A stretch of 64,000 bases of DNA from a virus (lineage: Duplodnaviria > Caudoviricetes), in the IMG/VR virus record IMGVR_UViG_3300028886_000036, positions 1 to 64,000 of that record; one strand, 5' to 3'. The notes below the pieces were generated by a model, which saw nothing but the letters and a program-made list of their open reading frames with translations, was not told where the DNA came from and searched no databases. The position numbers were made by a program, and so were the translations under genes. The stretch's first letter is position 1, and each line of letters starts with the position of its first letter. Positions 46,901 through 56,143 of this stretch are shown here, in pieces.

Positions 46901-49745
46901 TACTCAAGGAACCGGTATTACAATATCTAACGGAGTCATTAGTGCAAATGATCAGTTGCCATCTCAAAGTAATAAAGCTGGGAAATATCTATATACAGAT
47001 GGATCAGATGTATCTTGGGAGGATATTCCGGAATATACTTTACCTGAAGCTACTACAAGCAATCTAGGTGGAGTTATTATTGGAGATGGATTAAGTGTCG
47101 CTGCTGATGGTACTATTTCAGTGGATGATCAGCTTCCAGTTCAAACAAGTAATAATGGCAAATACTTAACTACCAATGGTACTTCTGCGTCATGGGCAAG
47201 TATTCCAGAATATTCAACCGTGACAACAAGTGCTGCTGGGTTAATGTCACCAGAAGATAAAACTAAGTTAGATAGTTTAGATAATTATACTTTACCGATA
47301 GCTAGTTCTTCAACTTTAGGTGGAATTAAAGTTGGTGATAATCTTACTATCGATTCATCTACAGGGGTACTTAGTGCAGATAATACGCTTCCGTCTCAGA
47401 CTAATAATGCTGGTAAATTTCTTACTACTGATGGAACAGATGCATCTTGGTCCGATATATTAGATGAAATTAAGGTAAGTTCTATTCATTATCCAACTAC
47501 TAATACTACTACAATTGTATTGACTGAACAGCAAGCTATTCCATCTACTATTAACAAATATGCTATGACAGTTTACAGAGACGGTATTTATCTTAATCCA
47601 TCTGTAGACTATGGATATAATAGTACTACTAGAACTTTAACTTTTACAGAAGCATTTGATGAGGACGAAGTAGTCACAGTAGTTTTTACTTATGTCACTA
47701 CTGATTCACAAGTTACATTGGATCTTGATGTAGATGAATATGAAGCTGGTTCTGGTATTACTTTTACCAATAATGCAGTTACTAATAAGGTAGTAATTAA
47801 TGCTGATGATCAGCTACCATCACAAGCCAATAATTCAGGTAAATTCCTTACTACAAATGGAAGTGCTGTAAGTTGGGAAACTGTGGATGCTCTTCCTGAT
47901 CAGACCAATAATAGTGGAAAGTATTTAACTACTAATGGAGCAAGTGCTTCTTGGGCTACTATTACACAGTATACATTACCTGAGGCTACTACATCTACCT
48001 TAGGTGGAGTTATAGTTGGGTCTGGCTTATCTGTAAATAATGGAACTATTTCAGTTAATGATCAATTACCGTCTCAAACGAGTAATTCAGGTAAATTCCT
48101 TACCACCAACGGAACAACAGCTTCTTGGGCTACTGTGGATGCTTTACCTCCTCAGTCTGGTAATTCAGGTAAATTCCTTACTACAAATGGTACTTCTGCA
48201 TCTTGGGAAGATATACCCAATACTGAATTAAAAATAAGTTCACTACATTATCCATCTCTTGGGGATACTACAGTCACTTTAACTAGTGCTGAATCTATAC
48301 CATCAGATGTTAATAAATATGCAATGGCTGTGTATAGGGATGGTATATATCTGAACCCAAGTTTAGATTATGGATTTAATAGTAGTACTAGAGTTATTAC
48401 ATTCAGTAGAGCTTTTGAAGCTGACGAAGTAGTTACAGTTATATTTACGTATATTAGCTCTGATACTCAAGCTGCTATAGAATTAGATGTTGAAGAATAT
48501 GAAGCTGGTACAGGAATAGCATTTACTACAAATGCGATTACTAATAAAGTTACTATAAGTACTATAGGTGATGGGTTACCTTCACAAAGCAATAATTCAG
48601 GGAAGTTCCTTACTACAAATGGATCTGAAGCATCATGGGCAGATATTGATGCTCTTCCAGATCAAACTAACAATTCGGGTAAAATTTTAGTAACAGATGG
48701 AACTGATGCTGACTGGAAAGGAATATTTAGTAAGTTTGTTAATATTGCTGCTGTAAACGGAGCTCATACCGTAACAATTCCATCAGGATTCTTAGATGGA
48801 GAAGATTACGATAGTTTAGCAGTATATCTTGCTGGAGTTAAACAAAATAGTACTTATGACTATACTATTAATACTTCTACAGGAGTTGTTACTTTTGTAG
48901 ACGAATTATTAGATGGAGATATAGTTACGGTTGGTATTTTTGCATCTACTGGATTTTATGACTCGTCAGATAATGATGTACAAGTATTATATAATCAAAC
49001 TCCAGGTGTACTTACTTCTGATGGCTCTAATATGTCTTGGAAGAATTTTACCAAGATGTCTTATGTAGTTGATACTACATCTGCTAATGAAGTTATAACT
49101 ATACCAGCTGCTAATAGAACTGATGTAGTTTCTACAGAAGTATATAGAAATGGGTTACTATTAGTTCCTTCTGATGACTATACTATAAATACTACTACCG
49201 GAAATATTACATTTGTAGTACCAATTCAAGCTAATGAGAAAATAAATGTAATTACTCAAAAATCTATAGTAGGTCAAGTTATTAATTACTCAACTGCAGT
49301 TACTCAAGATGTATCAGACAATAGTACAAATGTAGCTACTACAGCATATGTATCTAATAAAATAGCTTCTTATCAATATCAAACTGAATCTGATGTGAAT
49401 ACTGCTATAAATAATAGATTTGCTAATCCAGTAGAAAAAGTTAATGTAATAGCTTCAAATGCTAGTATAAGTATTAATCCTAATAACGGGTCTTTATTTA
49501 TGTTATCATTATCTACTAATTCTACTATAAGTATTGGTACTATTCAGAATGGGCCATATACTACTAATGGGGCAACAATTACACTATATCTTAATAATAC
49601 AAGTAATACAATTTCTTGGGGTAGCAGTATTACATGGATATCTGGATCGGCTCCCGATGTTACTACAAACCCATCTATTATCACGTTTATCACCTTTAAT
49701 GGTGGGACTAATTGGTATGGATCTAGTGCTGAAGTGGAAAGCTAA
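43965..49745 (+). CDS. Long tail fibre protein (1926 aa) with C-terminal adapter domain
   Basis: Many LPSQT.NSGKFLTTNG..SW, FSGSYNDL.NKP and A...LGGIKVG repeats; SPEFTGTPTAPT..APTTLDTLNELAAALGNDPNF fibre domain. Confidence 0.85.
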   Translation: MPTPNYTIDKLKQHFTVTINELLPTQSGNSGKFLTTNGETISWATVDALPSQTGQSGKFLTTNGTTATWETVDVLPTQTNNSGKYLTTNGSVLSWATVDALPSQTGQNGKFLATNGTNAVWTEIFSGEVRVSSTHHPTSNSTTIVLTSSQVPESNVEQWGLSVYRDGIYLIDGIDYTYANNSRTLTFTRSFESNEVVSVNFAYLSSDSGTSGSTSLPTQTGQNGKFLSTNGLDAVWSDLPIASSSTLGTIKVGSNLSINSTTGVLSADDQLPSQTNNSGKYLTTNGTSVSWGTVDALPSQTGNSGKVLSTNGTTASWITDAFSSWDKDYDDLTNKPTIPVVPTTVSSFTNDAGYITSVAWNDVTNKPTLFSGSYNDLTNKPDLTLKANVADLASVATSGSYNDLVDTPTIPTVPTNISSFTNDAGYITTVAWNDVTNKPTFATVATSGDYDDLLNKPTIPTIPTNVSSFTNDSGYITSVDWDDVDNKPTFFSGNYNDLSNKPDLTLKANVSDLATVATSGSYNDLSDTPTIPTVPTNVSAFTNDSGYITGVAWNDISNKPTFATVANSGDYSDLINVPTNVSDFTNDAGYITSVDWDDVENKPSTFAPAIHNHDSEYTPLSTSVGSSTQGVYTDIDGVIRAMTYQLNKTVPADAVFTDTIYTLPEATTSELGGVIVGAGLSVTANGTLSADSQLPTLTGNSGKYLTTNGTNVSWASISEYSLTKASTTELGGIKVGDRLSIDSNGFLSADEQLPTITGNSGKFLTTDGTSVSWGDTPEYTLPTASSSTLGGIKVGSGLSISSGVLSADNQLPTQTNNSGKYLTTNGTSASWANITVTGVTTTGSGNAVTSITDNGAGQLTATKGLTFATLASPEFTGTPTAPTATAGDNSTQIATTAYVDGAVSSLVNSAPTTLDTLNELAAALGNDPNFATTVSTSLGNKLDSNSANYIKSLSISGKTITYTKGNNTTGTLTTQDTTYTQGTGITISNGVISANDQLPSQSNKAGKYLYTDGSDVSWEDIPEYTLPEATTSNLGGVIIGDGLSVAADGTISVDDQLPVQTSNNGKYLTTNGTSASWASIPEYSTVTTSAAGLMSPEDKTKLDSLDNYTLPIASSSTLGGIKVGDNLTIDSSTGVLSADNTLPSQTNNAGKFLTTDGTDASWSDILDEIKVSSIHYPTTNTTTIVLTEQQAIPSTINKYAMTVYRDGIYLNPSVDYGYNSTTRTLTFTEAFDEDEVVTVVFTYVTTDSQVTLDLDVDEYEAGSGITFTNNAVTNKVVINADDQLPSQANNSGKFLTTNGSAVSWETVDALPDQTNNSGKYLTTNGASASWATITQYTLPEATTSTLGGVIVGSGLSVNNGTISVNDQLPSQTSNSGKFLTTNGTTASWATVDALPPQSGNSGKFLTTNGTSASWEDIPNTELKISSLHYPSLGDTTVTLTSAESIPSDVNKYAMAVYRDGIYLNPSLDYGFNSSTRVITFSRAFEADEVVTVIFTYISSDTQAAIELDVEEYEAGTGIAFTTNAITNKVTISTIGDGLPSQSNNSGKFLTTNGSEASWADIDALPDQTNNSGKILVTDGTDADWKGIFSKFVNIAAVNGAHTVTIPSGFLDGEDYDSLAVYLAGVKQNSTYDYTINTSTGVVTFVDELLDGDIVTVGIFASTGFYDSSDNDVQVLYNQTPGVLTSDGSNMSWKNFTKMSYVVDTTSANEVITIPAANRTDVVSTEVYRNGLLLVPSDDYTINTTTGNITFVVPIQANEKINVITQKSIVGQVINYSTAVTQDVSDNSTNVATTAYVSNKIASYQYQTESDVNTAINNRFANPVEKVNVIASNASISINPNNGSLFMLSLSTNSTISIGTIQNGPYTTNGATITLYLNNTSNTISWGSSITWISGSAPDVTTNPSIITFITFNGGTNWYGSSAEVES

Positions 49746-50800
49746 TGCTTAATTATAGTAGAAATTTAGAAATGAGTATAGTGGACGGCCATTTTAATGA
49801 TGGTCGTCCTATTATACTTGGCTTGGAATATGTTTCAAGCTCTTATACTTGGAGAAGAATTGATGTTGATTCTAATGTAGTAACTATGACTAGTTCTGAA
49901 ATAGACTCACATCCTATTTTTAGTAATATGTATACCGAGACTGTAGATGGATGTGCTATGGTTAGGATACCTAGATTTTATTTTATATATCAAAAAGTAT
50001 CTACCGGTCATAAATGGTGGATAGCCCCATTTAGATTTAGAATAGGTAATACTTTAGCAGAACCGCATAGAGCTTTTATTTATAATGGTGAAGCACTTAA
50101 ATACTTTTATTTAAGTCAGTATGAAGTATCTACAGATCCCGATAATAGCAACATGGTTACATCTGCTGTTAATAAAACTGTTCTTACTGGAAAATCGTTA
50201 ACTCAAATGAAAACTTTATGTGAAGCTAGAAATACTAATGGTGTAACTGGATTTAGAATGTTTAATATATACCAGTTAGGTGCAATTCAAATGCTGTTTT
50301 TATTTGATAAAGCTAATCCAGATTCTCAGGCACTTTGCGGCACCGGACAAGCCAATACTGGTAAAGTTTTAGCTACTGGAGCTAATAATAATAACGGGAG
50401 AGATCTGCATGAACTTTGGGGAAATGCAACACATCTTATTGAAGGATTGGAAAATAGATCAACTAAAATGTATATTTGGCCTAGTGTTAGTAATGAAACT
50501 TTTGAGGATACCAATCAAACTATACCAACTATATCTGGTGGCGGATTTATTACTGATATTCAAGAATATGCTGCAAATATTGGTTTGTTTATAGCATCAA
50601 GTCATTCTTCTAGTGCTACTAACAATATGCTTCCTGATAAGTTTTGGAGTAAAGGATCTGGAAATTTAATATGTTCTCATGGTGGTAAATATTCATCTAG
50701 CACTGGTGCTGGACTATTTAACATTGGTGTTGACAATACAGAAGCAAACGCAGCTACCGCTGCATATACTACTAGATTAAGTAAATACGATTTAAGGTAA
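49745..50800 (+). CDS. Receptor-binding protein with Mtd/FGE-like C-type lectin fold
   Basis: MVRIPRFY, HRAF, YEVS, LHELWGN, HGG....GAGLF..TRL. Confidence 0.65.
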   Translation: MLNYSRNLEMSIVDGHFNDGRPIILGLEYVSSSYTWRRIDVDSNVVTMTSSEIDSHPIFSNMYTETVDGCAMVRIPRFYFIYQKVSTGHKWWIAPFRFRIGNTLAEPHRAFIYNGEALKYFYLSQYEVSTDPDNSNMVTSAVNKTVLTGKSLTQMKTLCEARNTNGVTGFRMFNIYQLGAIQMLFLFDKANPDSQALCGTGQANTGKVLATGANNNNGRDLHELWGNATHLIEGLENRSTKMYIWPSVSNETFEDTNQTIPTISGGGFITDIQEYAANIGLFIASSHSSSATNNMLPDKFWSKGSGNLICSHGGKYSSSTGAGLFNIGVDNTEANAATAAYTTRLSKYDLR

Positions 50801-50840
50801 CATAAATGATTTTACAAGTGACAGAAAGAGGTGATGTAAA

Positions 50841-51539
50841 ATACCAAATACTTCATTACAACAGATTAAGAATCATATTATTAGATCATTAAATCATAAA
50901 GAAAACTATATACCTATTGCTAATCAAACTGATATAGTTCTTTCAGCAACTCAACAAGCTATTTTTACTATGAACAATGTTAAATATATAGTTGTATATG
51001 TTAATGGGTTAAGAATGGATGAAGGCGACGATTATACTTATAGTAGTTCTACTTATACACTTACTTTTACAGAAGCATTTGAAGGTGGAGAAAAAGTAAC
51101 CGTAGTAATATCTTATTTTGATGATAGTGCTACTGATATAGCGTTATTTGCTACAAGTGATGTATATGAAAAGCCATTAGAAAAAGTAAAAACCTATAGT
51201 ACTTTCTCAAATACCAATATAACGTTAGATATACTTAACTTTAACCTATTTGTAATAGATATGAGATCTAACACTCCAAATTCATTAACTATTAATATAC
51301 CAAATACTTCAGGTCCGGCTATTGGTAAAAGTATAATGTTGAGTATAATTTTAGGATCTACATTACCAACTATTTCTTGGAGTAGTAATGTTATTTGGAA
51401 CACCTCTGATACTACAGCACCTACTTTTGAAGCTAGTAAAAGTTATAACATCAGTATGTTCCAAGTAAATAGTAATACTAAATATATTGGGAATGTAAAT
51501 AGCTCATTCACTACTTCTGATTTATTGTTAAGTAGTTAA
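50841..51539 (+). CDS. Tail-fibre-associated protein (ATA start): VY.NG domain plus adapter domain
   Basis: GAGGTGA SD; in-frame stop at 50832; 43-codon extension homologous to the fibre domain. Confidence 0.7.
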   Translation: MPNTSLQQIKNHIIRSLNHKENYIPIANQTDIVLSATQQAIFTMNNVKYIVVYVNGLRMDEGDDYTYSSSTYTLTFTEAFEGGEKVTVVISYFDDSATDIALFATSDVYEKPLEKVKTYSTFSNTNITLDILNFNLFVIDMRSNTPNSLTINIPNTSGPAIGKSIMLSIILGSTLPTISWSSNVIWNTSDTTAPTFEASKSYNISMFQVNSNTKYIGNVNSSFTTSDLLLSS

Positions 51540-51552
51540 AGGAGTAAATAAA

Positions 51553-51945
51553 ATGGATTTTGTTGATACTTTTGATTCTTTAAAAAATTTTTTAGTTAAT
51601 AAAAGATTGTCTAAATCATTAGAGAAAGCTGTTACTGTTAACAAGTATAGTGGAGTTTTCACTGTAGATCCTAACGAATCTAATATGTTTTTAATAAATG
51701 TTGTTACTAATTCAACTGTGGCATTATCAGCATTAGGTTCTGAATATACTAGCACTGGTTCAGTTATATCTATTCTAATGACTTTAAGTAATGCTAATTG
51801 GGTTATAACCTGGCCTAATTCAATTAAGTGGCAGGATGAAACTGCTCCTGAATTAACTCATAAGAATCTTATTACTTTAATGCATTTTGGGGAGACAAAT
51901 ACTTGGTATGGTGGTTGTATAGCAATAGATGATGATTTTAGTTAG
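51553..51945 (+). CDS. Tail-fibre adapter-like protein (standalone)
   Basis: Close paralogue of 28024-28410. Confidence 0.65.
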   Translation: MDFVDTFDSLKNFLVNKRLSKSLEKAVTVNKYSGVFTVDPNESNMFLINVVTNSTVALSALGSEYTSTGSVISILMTLSNANWVITWPNSIKWQDETAPELTHKNLITLMHFGETNTWYGGCIAIDDDFS

Positions 51946-51956
51946 AGGTGACTAGT

Positions 51957-53489
51957 ATGTCTCTATTAAAGAAATCATCATTTCTATTTATGAATAACGG
52001 AAATAGACCAGTTGATCTGACTTATTATGCTAGAGATCATATAGCTAATTATGATACTATAACAACTCTTCCTACTGAAACTGTAGAATATTTAGGGTCT
52101 ATACTAATTGGAAATATGTCCAATACATTTAGAGACTGTGCGTCTTTAACTACTATAGACCCCTCTATATGGAATACTGAATTTTGCACAGATATGGGGC
52201 ATCTATTTTATGGGTGTTCTGATTTAACTTCTGTAGATTTAAGTAGCTTAAATGTAACTAATGTAGAAGATATGCAATATTCTTTCTATAATTGTACTGC
52301 ATTAACTTCTGTAGATTTTACTGATTTGGATACACCCAATTTAAAAACAATGAGTTATATGTTCTATGGGTGTTCTGCATTAACAACTTTAACTGGTCTA
52401 TTTGATATAGATGTTTCTAATGTAACAAACTTTTCTAATATATTTAGAGGCTGTACCAAGATAACTAGCTTTAATCTTGCTAATTGGGATATTACTGATA
52501 AATGCACAACTATGACTAGTATGTTTTACGGGTGTTCTGCATTAACTACTATAACCTTTTCCACAGAATGGGATACTTCTAAAGTTACAGGCGCTGGAAG
52601 TATGTTTAGAGGCTGTAGTAAACTTACTACTTTAAATAATGTAAATAGTTTAGACTTTACCAAGTGTTCAACCTTTTCATATATGTTCTATGGTGATTCT
52701 ACATTAGTTAATCTTAATATATCAGACTGGTACAGTGAATCAACAACAACTACTTCATATATGTTTTATAACTGCACTAAGTTAAAGAATGTAGATGTGA
52801 CTGGTATAATCCAAAATTCTCCTAATATAAATTCGATGTCATATATGTTTATGAGTTGTGCTGCGATGACTAATATAAATCTTTCAGGAGTACACGCTAG
52901 TAAGATAACTACATTAGCTAATATGTGTAATAACTGCAAAGGTGCAACTACTATTGACTGTAGCGGTTGGACCTATGATAGTGGTGTTACTACAAAATTA
53001 ACTACCGCTAATGGTGTATTTCAGAACTGCACTGGAGTAGTTAATTTAAATGTAAATGGATGGGATGTAAGTCAAGTAACTGCTTTTAGCTATTGTTTCT
53101 ATACGTGTTCTTCATTAGTCTCATTAGATCTGTCTGATTGGGTTGTTTCTAAATGTACTAATTTTAACTATATGTTTAGTGGTTGCAGTAAAATGAAAGT
53201 ATTAGATATTTCCAACTTTTCAACTTTAAGTAACTCAACTATGACTGGTATGCTTAACATGACTAATTTACAGTATTTAATTATCGGAAGTAGTACTTTT
53301 AAATTTGCAATGAGAGTATCTAATTGCGGTGGTCTCAATACTTCTTGTAAGATATTAGTCCCAAGAGCCTTATTAGATACATATAAATCTGCTACCAACT
53401 GGTCTGCTAGAGAAGATCAATTTGATGCAATAGAGGACTATACTATTACTAGAAGTAATGGTAGAGTAACAGTAACACCTAATAGTTAA
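51957..53489 (+). CDS. BspA-like LRR protein, putative receptor-binding
   Basis: MF.GC..L..L..WD.S repeats; C-terminus homologous to 27038-28003; ATG 51957 after GAGGTGA. Confidence 0.8.
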   Translation: MSLLKKSSFLFMNNGNRPVDLTYYARDHIANYDTITTLPTETVEYLGSILIGNMSNTFRDCASLTTIDPSIWNTEFCTDMGHLFYGCSDLTSVDLSSLNVTNVEDMQYSFYNCTALTSVDFTDLDTPNLKTMSYMFYGCSALTTLTGLFDIDVSNVTNFSNIFRGCTKITSFNLANWDITDKCTTMTSMFYGCSALTTITFSTEWDTSKVTGAGSMFRGCSKLTTLNNVNSLDFTKCSTFSYMFYGDSTLVNLNISDWYSESTTTTSYMFYNCTKLKNVDVTGIIQNSPNINSMSYMFMSCAAMTNINLSGVHASKITTLANMCNNCKGATTIDCSGWTYDSGVTTKLTTANGVFQNCTGVVNLNVNGWDVSQVTAFSYCFYTCSSLVSLDLSDWVVSKCTNFNYMFSGCSKMKVLDISNFSTLSNSTMTGMLNMTNLQYLIIGSSTFKFAMRVSNCGGLNTSCKILVPRALLDTYKSATNWSAREDQFDAIEDYTITRSNGRVTVTPNS

Positions 53490-53496
53490 TAAAAAG

Positions 53497-53527
53497 AAAA
53501 CTAGAGACCATTAGGTCTCTAGTTTTT
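53497..53527. terminator. Bidirectional terminator
   Basis: AAAACTAGAGACC..GGTCTCTAGTTTTT. Confidence 0.85.
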
Positions 53528-53531
53528 AATG

Positions 53532-53873
53532 TTATTTATAAAATATGGTAATTTTCTTCCACCTAAATCTGGTTTTCTTTTTGAGTCTATAATACTCATA
53601 TACTAGAAGAAAGGTATAATACTTTCCGTGTTCTGGATTAAAAACATTCCCATCTTCGTCTGAAATCTGCCCTGTAGTGGACAGCATAAACTTCCCGAAC
53701 ATATGGGCATCTTTAAAAGGAAACAATCTTGCATATGGGAAATACCCTTCAAAGATATTCTTATACTTTTCTTCAGCATTGTGGGTATACTCAAATACAA
53801 AGAGCTTTAAATCATAGTTACCGGGTACTTTTGTTTCAGATTCAAACTCCGAGTAGAACTCATCTATACCCAC
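53532..53873 (-). CDS. Hypothetical protein
   Basis: 113 aa, GGAGG SD. Confidence 0.65.
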   Translation of the reverse strand: MGIDEFYSEFESETKVPGNYDLKLFVFEYTHNAEEKYKNIFEGYFPYARLFPFKDAHMFGKFMLSTTGQISDEDGNVFNPEHGKYYTFLLVYEYYRLKKKTRFRWKKITIFYK

Positions 53874-54349
53874 TAAATTTCCTCCTTTAACATTTCAGTT
53901 TCTGAATCTCTGTAATTAAAATCTATATCAATGTTAAGACCAGTTAAATCTTTTACAGTTCCTTCAATTACTCTGTCGATGTTATTGTACACAATGTCTT
54001 CTTTTGTTACAATCGTATACCCAGCATTTATAAAACGAAGCTTCTCCTGCCCCACATATTTAAGAGCAAATACATCCGTATTTTCTGGGAGAAGCTTTTG
54101 AAGTGGTCTATAAAACACTTCTTCTATATCTTCATAGTCCCCAGTTTCGTCATTATAAGGACCAACAATGTCCCCATAACAGAGTAATTGATGATAAAAG
54201 TATCCGCTTTCCTTACATGGATATTTGTTGTGTATTAAGGTATCATCCCCATCTCCAATAACTACTAACTTATTAAGTATATTTTTCAGGGTGAACTCGT
54301 TGTTCACCCTGAACCAATTCGTCTTTGTGAAAGTGTAGTAGTTAGCCAC
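53873..54349 (-). CDS. Hypothetical phage protein (MANYY..TN.FRV type)
   Basis: 158 aa. Confidence 0.65.
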   Translation of the reverse strand: MANYYTFTKTNWFRVNNEFTLKNILNKLVVIGDGDDTLIHNKYPCKESGYFYHQLLCYGDIVGPYNDETGDYEDIEEVFYRPLQKLLPENTDVFALKYVGQEKLRFINAGYTIVTKEDIVYNNIDRVIEGTVKDLTGLNIDIDFNYRDSETEMLKEEI

Positions 54350-54351
54350 AA

Positions 54352-54675
54352 TTACTCACCGTCATCATATTCAATAATAACATTAAGTTCATCAGGAGCA
54401 TAATAGCCCTTATTGTTATCTACCTTTGGGCTAGGCTTAATAAGAATTTCAAACTTATCAGTATCACTTTTAATACCTTCCGGTTCAACCCAAATTGTTC
54501 CATCTGAGATATACTCGTATGAGCTAAACAAACCGCATTTGATTCCTTCAAGAACATTTTGCATGTCATTGAAATCAATCATTTTGCTCATCTTAGTGCA
54601 GTAATCATACTTGAATTCCTTAAACTTGTCAGTATTAGTGCAGTTGTCAAAATCAAATACTTTAGTAATAATCAT
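54352..54675 (-). CDS. Hypothetical protein
   Basis: 107 aa, AGGAGG SD. Confidence 0.65.
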   Translation of the reverse strand: MIITKVFDFDNCTNTDKFKEFKYDYCTKMSKMIDFNDMQNVLEGIKCGLFSSYEYISDGTIWVEPEGIKSDTDKFEILIKPSPKVDNNKGYYAPDELNVIIEYDDGE

Positions 54676-54848
54676 TATTTATTCCTCCTAACAGGTTTTT
54701 TATTTAACACCTTATCCCTATAATCTGTAATAGAAAAGTTCTTATCTTTCTTTAACATATTAAGGGCATGTTCACATTTACTAATATCATAATCTCTAAG
54801 TTCAAAAAGAGCTTTGAGGTTATCAATATGTTTTTGTTCAAATGGCAT
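54675..54848 (-). CDS. Small hypothetical protein (57 aa, MPFEQKHID...)
   Basis: Not in the ORF track; AAGGAGG SD; fills the gap exactly. Confidence 0.65.
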   Translation of the reverse strand: MPFEQKHIDNLKALFELRDYDISKCEHALNMLKKDKNFSITDYRDKVLNKKPVRRNK

Positions 54849-54860
54849 TTTTACCCCTCC

Positions 54861-55121
54861 TTATATAATTGGCTTACAAATCTTATAAAACACATACTCA
54901 TCAACAGCTTCAGTAAGTTGATCTGCTACTGTGTCTATACTTACTGAGCTATTAAGTTCATGAGCATAACTACTTAATGTACATAGTTTAGCAAAGTAAT
55001 CAAGGTTATCATCAATTCTCTTTCTAATCTCAACATACTTCTTATCCAGGTTATCAATATCCTCTTTAGTTAATTCTGGTGGATTAGTCCACATTGAGGA
55101 TAAGATTTCTCTGTAAGTCAT
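54861..55121 (-). CDS. Hypothetical protein
   Basis: 86 aa, coupled to the upstream gene. Confidence 0.6.
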   Translation of the reverse strand: MTYREILSSMWTNPPELTKEDIDNLDKKYVEIRKRIDDNLDYFAKLCTLSSYAHELNSSVSIDTVADQLTEAVDEYVFYKICKPII

Positions 55122-55324
55122 TCTTCAACAAGTTCTTTCAGCCTATTGTTGCACTTATTAATTTCATTATGTGCAGAAGTAAGCTGATTCTGAATAGCCT
55201 GAATGTTTACAAGTACATCAGATTTCTCTCTGCAAATTTGACCAATATGTTGCAGAGAGTTAATGTACTTTGGGTCGTTCATAGAACATACCAGGGTCAC
55301 AACTTGTTTCAAAACATCTTCCAT
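55118..55324 (-). CDS. Small coiled-coil protein
   Basis: 68 aa. Confidence 0.6.
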   Translation of the reverse strand: MEDVLKQVVTLVCSMNDPKYINSLQHIGQICREKSDVLVNIQAIQNQLTSAHNEINKCNNRLKELVEE

Positions 55325-55337
55325 TTATATCATCCTT

Positions 55338-55664
55338 TCATTTAATTAGGTCTCTGAGTTTATCAAATAGTGTGCAATAGCCACGCAACCACGTGCAATG
55401 TTCACAATCATCTTCACTATTGCACGTATTCTCAATTAATTTTAGTAAAAACTCTGGCGGGTCTTTTCCTTTATCATAAAATACATTTTTAGAGAAATAC
55501 ATAGCTATATCATCATCTATTCCACAATCAAAGAAACATCGAATTTTCTGGCCTGAGAATCCACATTTAAGAGGACAATTGTCCGGGCAGTCTTTAAATT
55601 TTAAACAAATATTTCGAAGTATTGGTATAGTTATTAATTTTAAACTTCTTGTGAAATTGTCCAT
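55338..55664 (-). CDS. Cys-rich small protein (same family as 31.4-32.7 kb)
   Basis: CLKFKDCPDNCPLKC and C...DCEHC..C. Confidence 0.65.
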   Translation of the reverse strand: MDNFTRSLKLITIPILRNICLKFKDCPDNCPLKCGFSGQKIRCFFDCGIDDDIAMYFSKNVFYDKGKDPPEFLLKLIENTCNSEDDCEHCTWLRGYCTLFDKLRDLIK

Positions 55665-55729
55665 CAGCAGTCCTTCGTAAAACAAATAAAATAATGGGAG
55701 AGACCTAAACAGATCTCTCCCACGATAGA

Positions 55730-56056
55730 TTACTTAATTTCTTTAGACCAGTGGATAAACACTCCCTGGTCAGTAACCTTAGCAGTAATGTCAAGGTTAC
55801 CGTAGGGGATTGTATTGGTCTTGTCATCCTCGCCGCAATTATCCTCACAAAGTCCGATAATGTACGCGAGGATAAGTTTCGCATTTTCGCCAAAGGTTTT
55901 TCGAAGCAGTTTAATCTCTGGCTTACAGTTCAGTTCGACATAGTTCTCGAACTCATCCGCGATACTGTATTTCCCAGTGTTGCAAAGAATATCCAGATCG
56001 CTAGGTTCAATAGAGACAGTGACTTCTTCGGTTCCGATAAACTTCTTGTTAATCAT
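55730..56056 (-). CDS. Hypothetical protein (GC-rich)
   Basis: 108 aa, GGAGG SD; followed by hairpin TGGGAGAGA..TCTCTCCCA at 55695-55722. Confidence 0.7.
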   Translation of the reverse strand: MINKKFIGTEEVTVSIEPSDLDILCNTGKYSIADEFENYVELNCKPEIKLLRKTFGENAKLILAYIIGLCEDNCGEDDKTNTIPYGNLDITAKVTDQGVFIHWSKEIK

Positions 56057-56143
56057 AACAATACCTCCAGTTAAAATTTGTCCTTGAGAATACTAATGTA
56101 CTCTCGCCATTGAGCGCATCTATAATTTCAACTAACTTAATAG

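Noticed and set aside
49745-50800. Complete diversity-generating retroelement targeting the Mtd-like protein
   Set aside because: No reverse transcriptase, Avd or template repeat of its 3' end is visible in the window.
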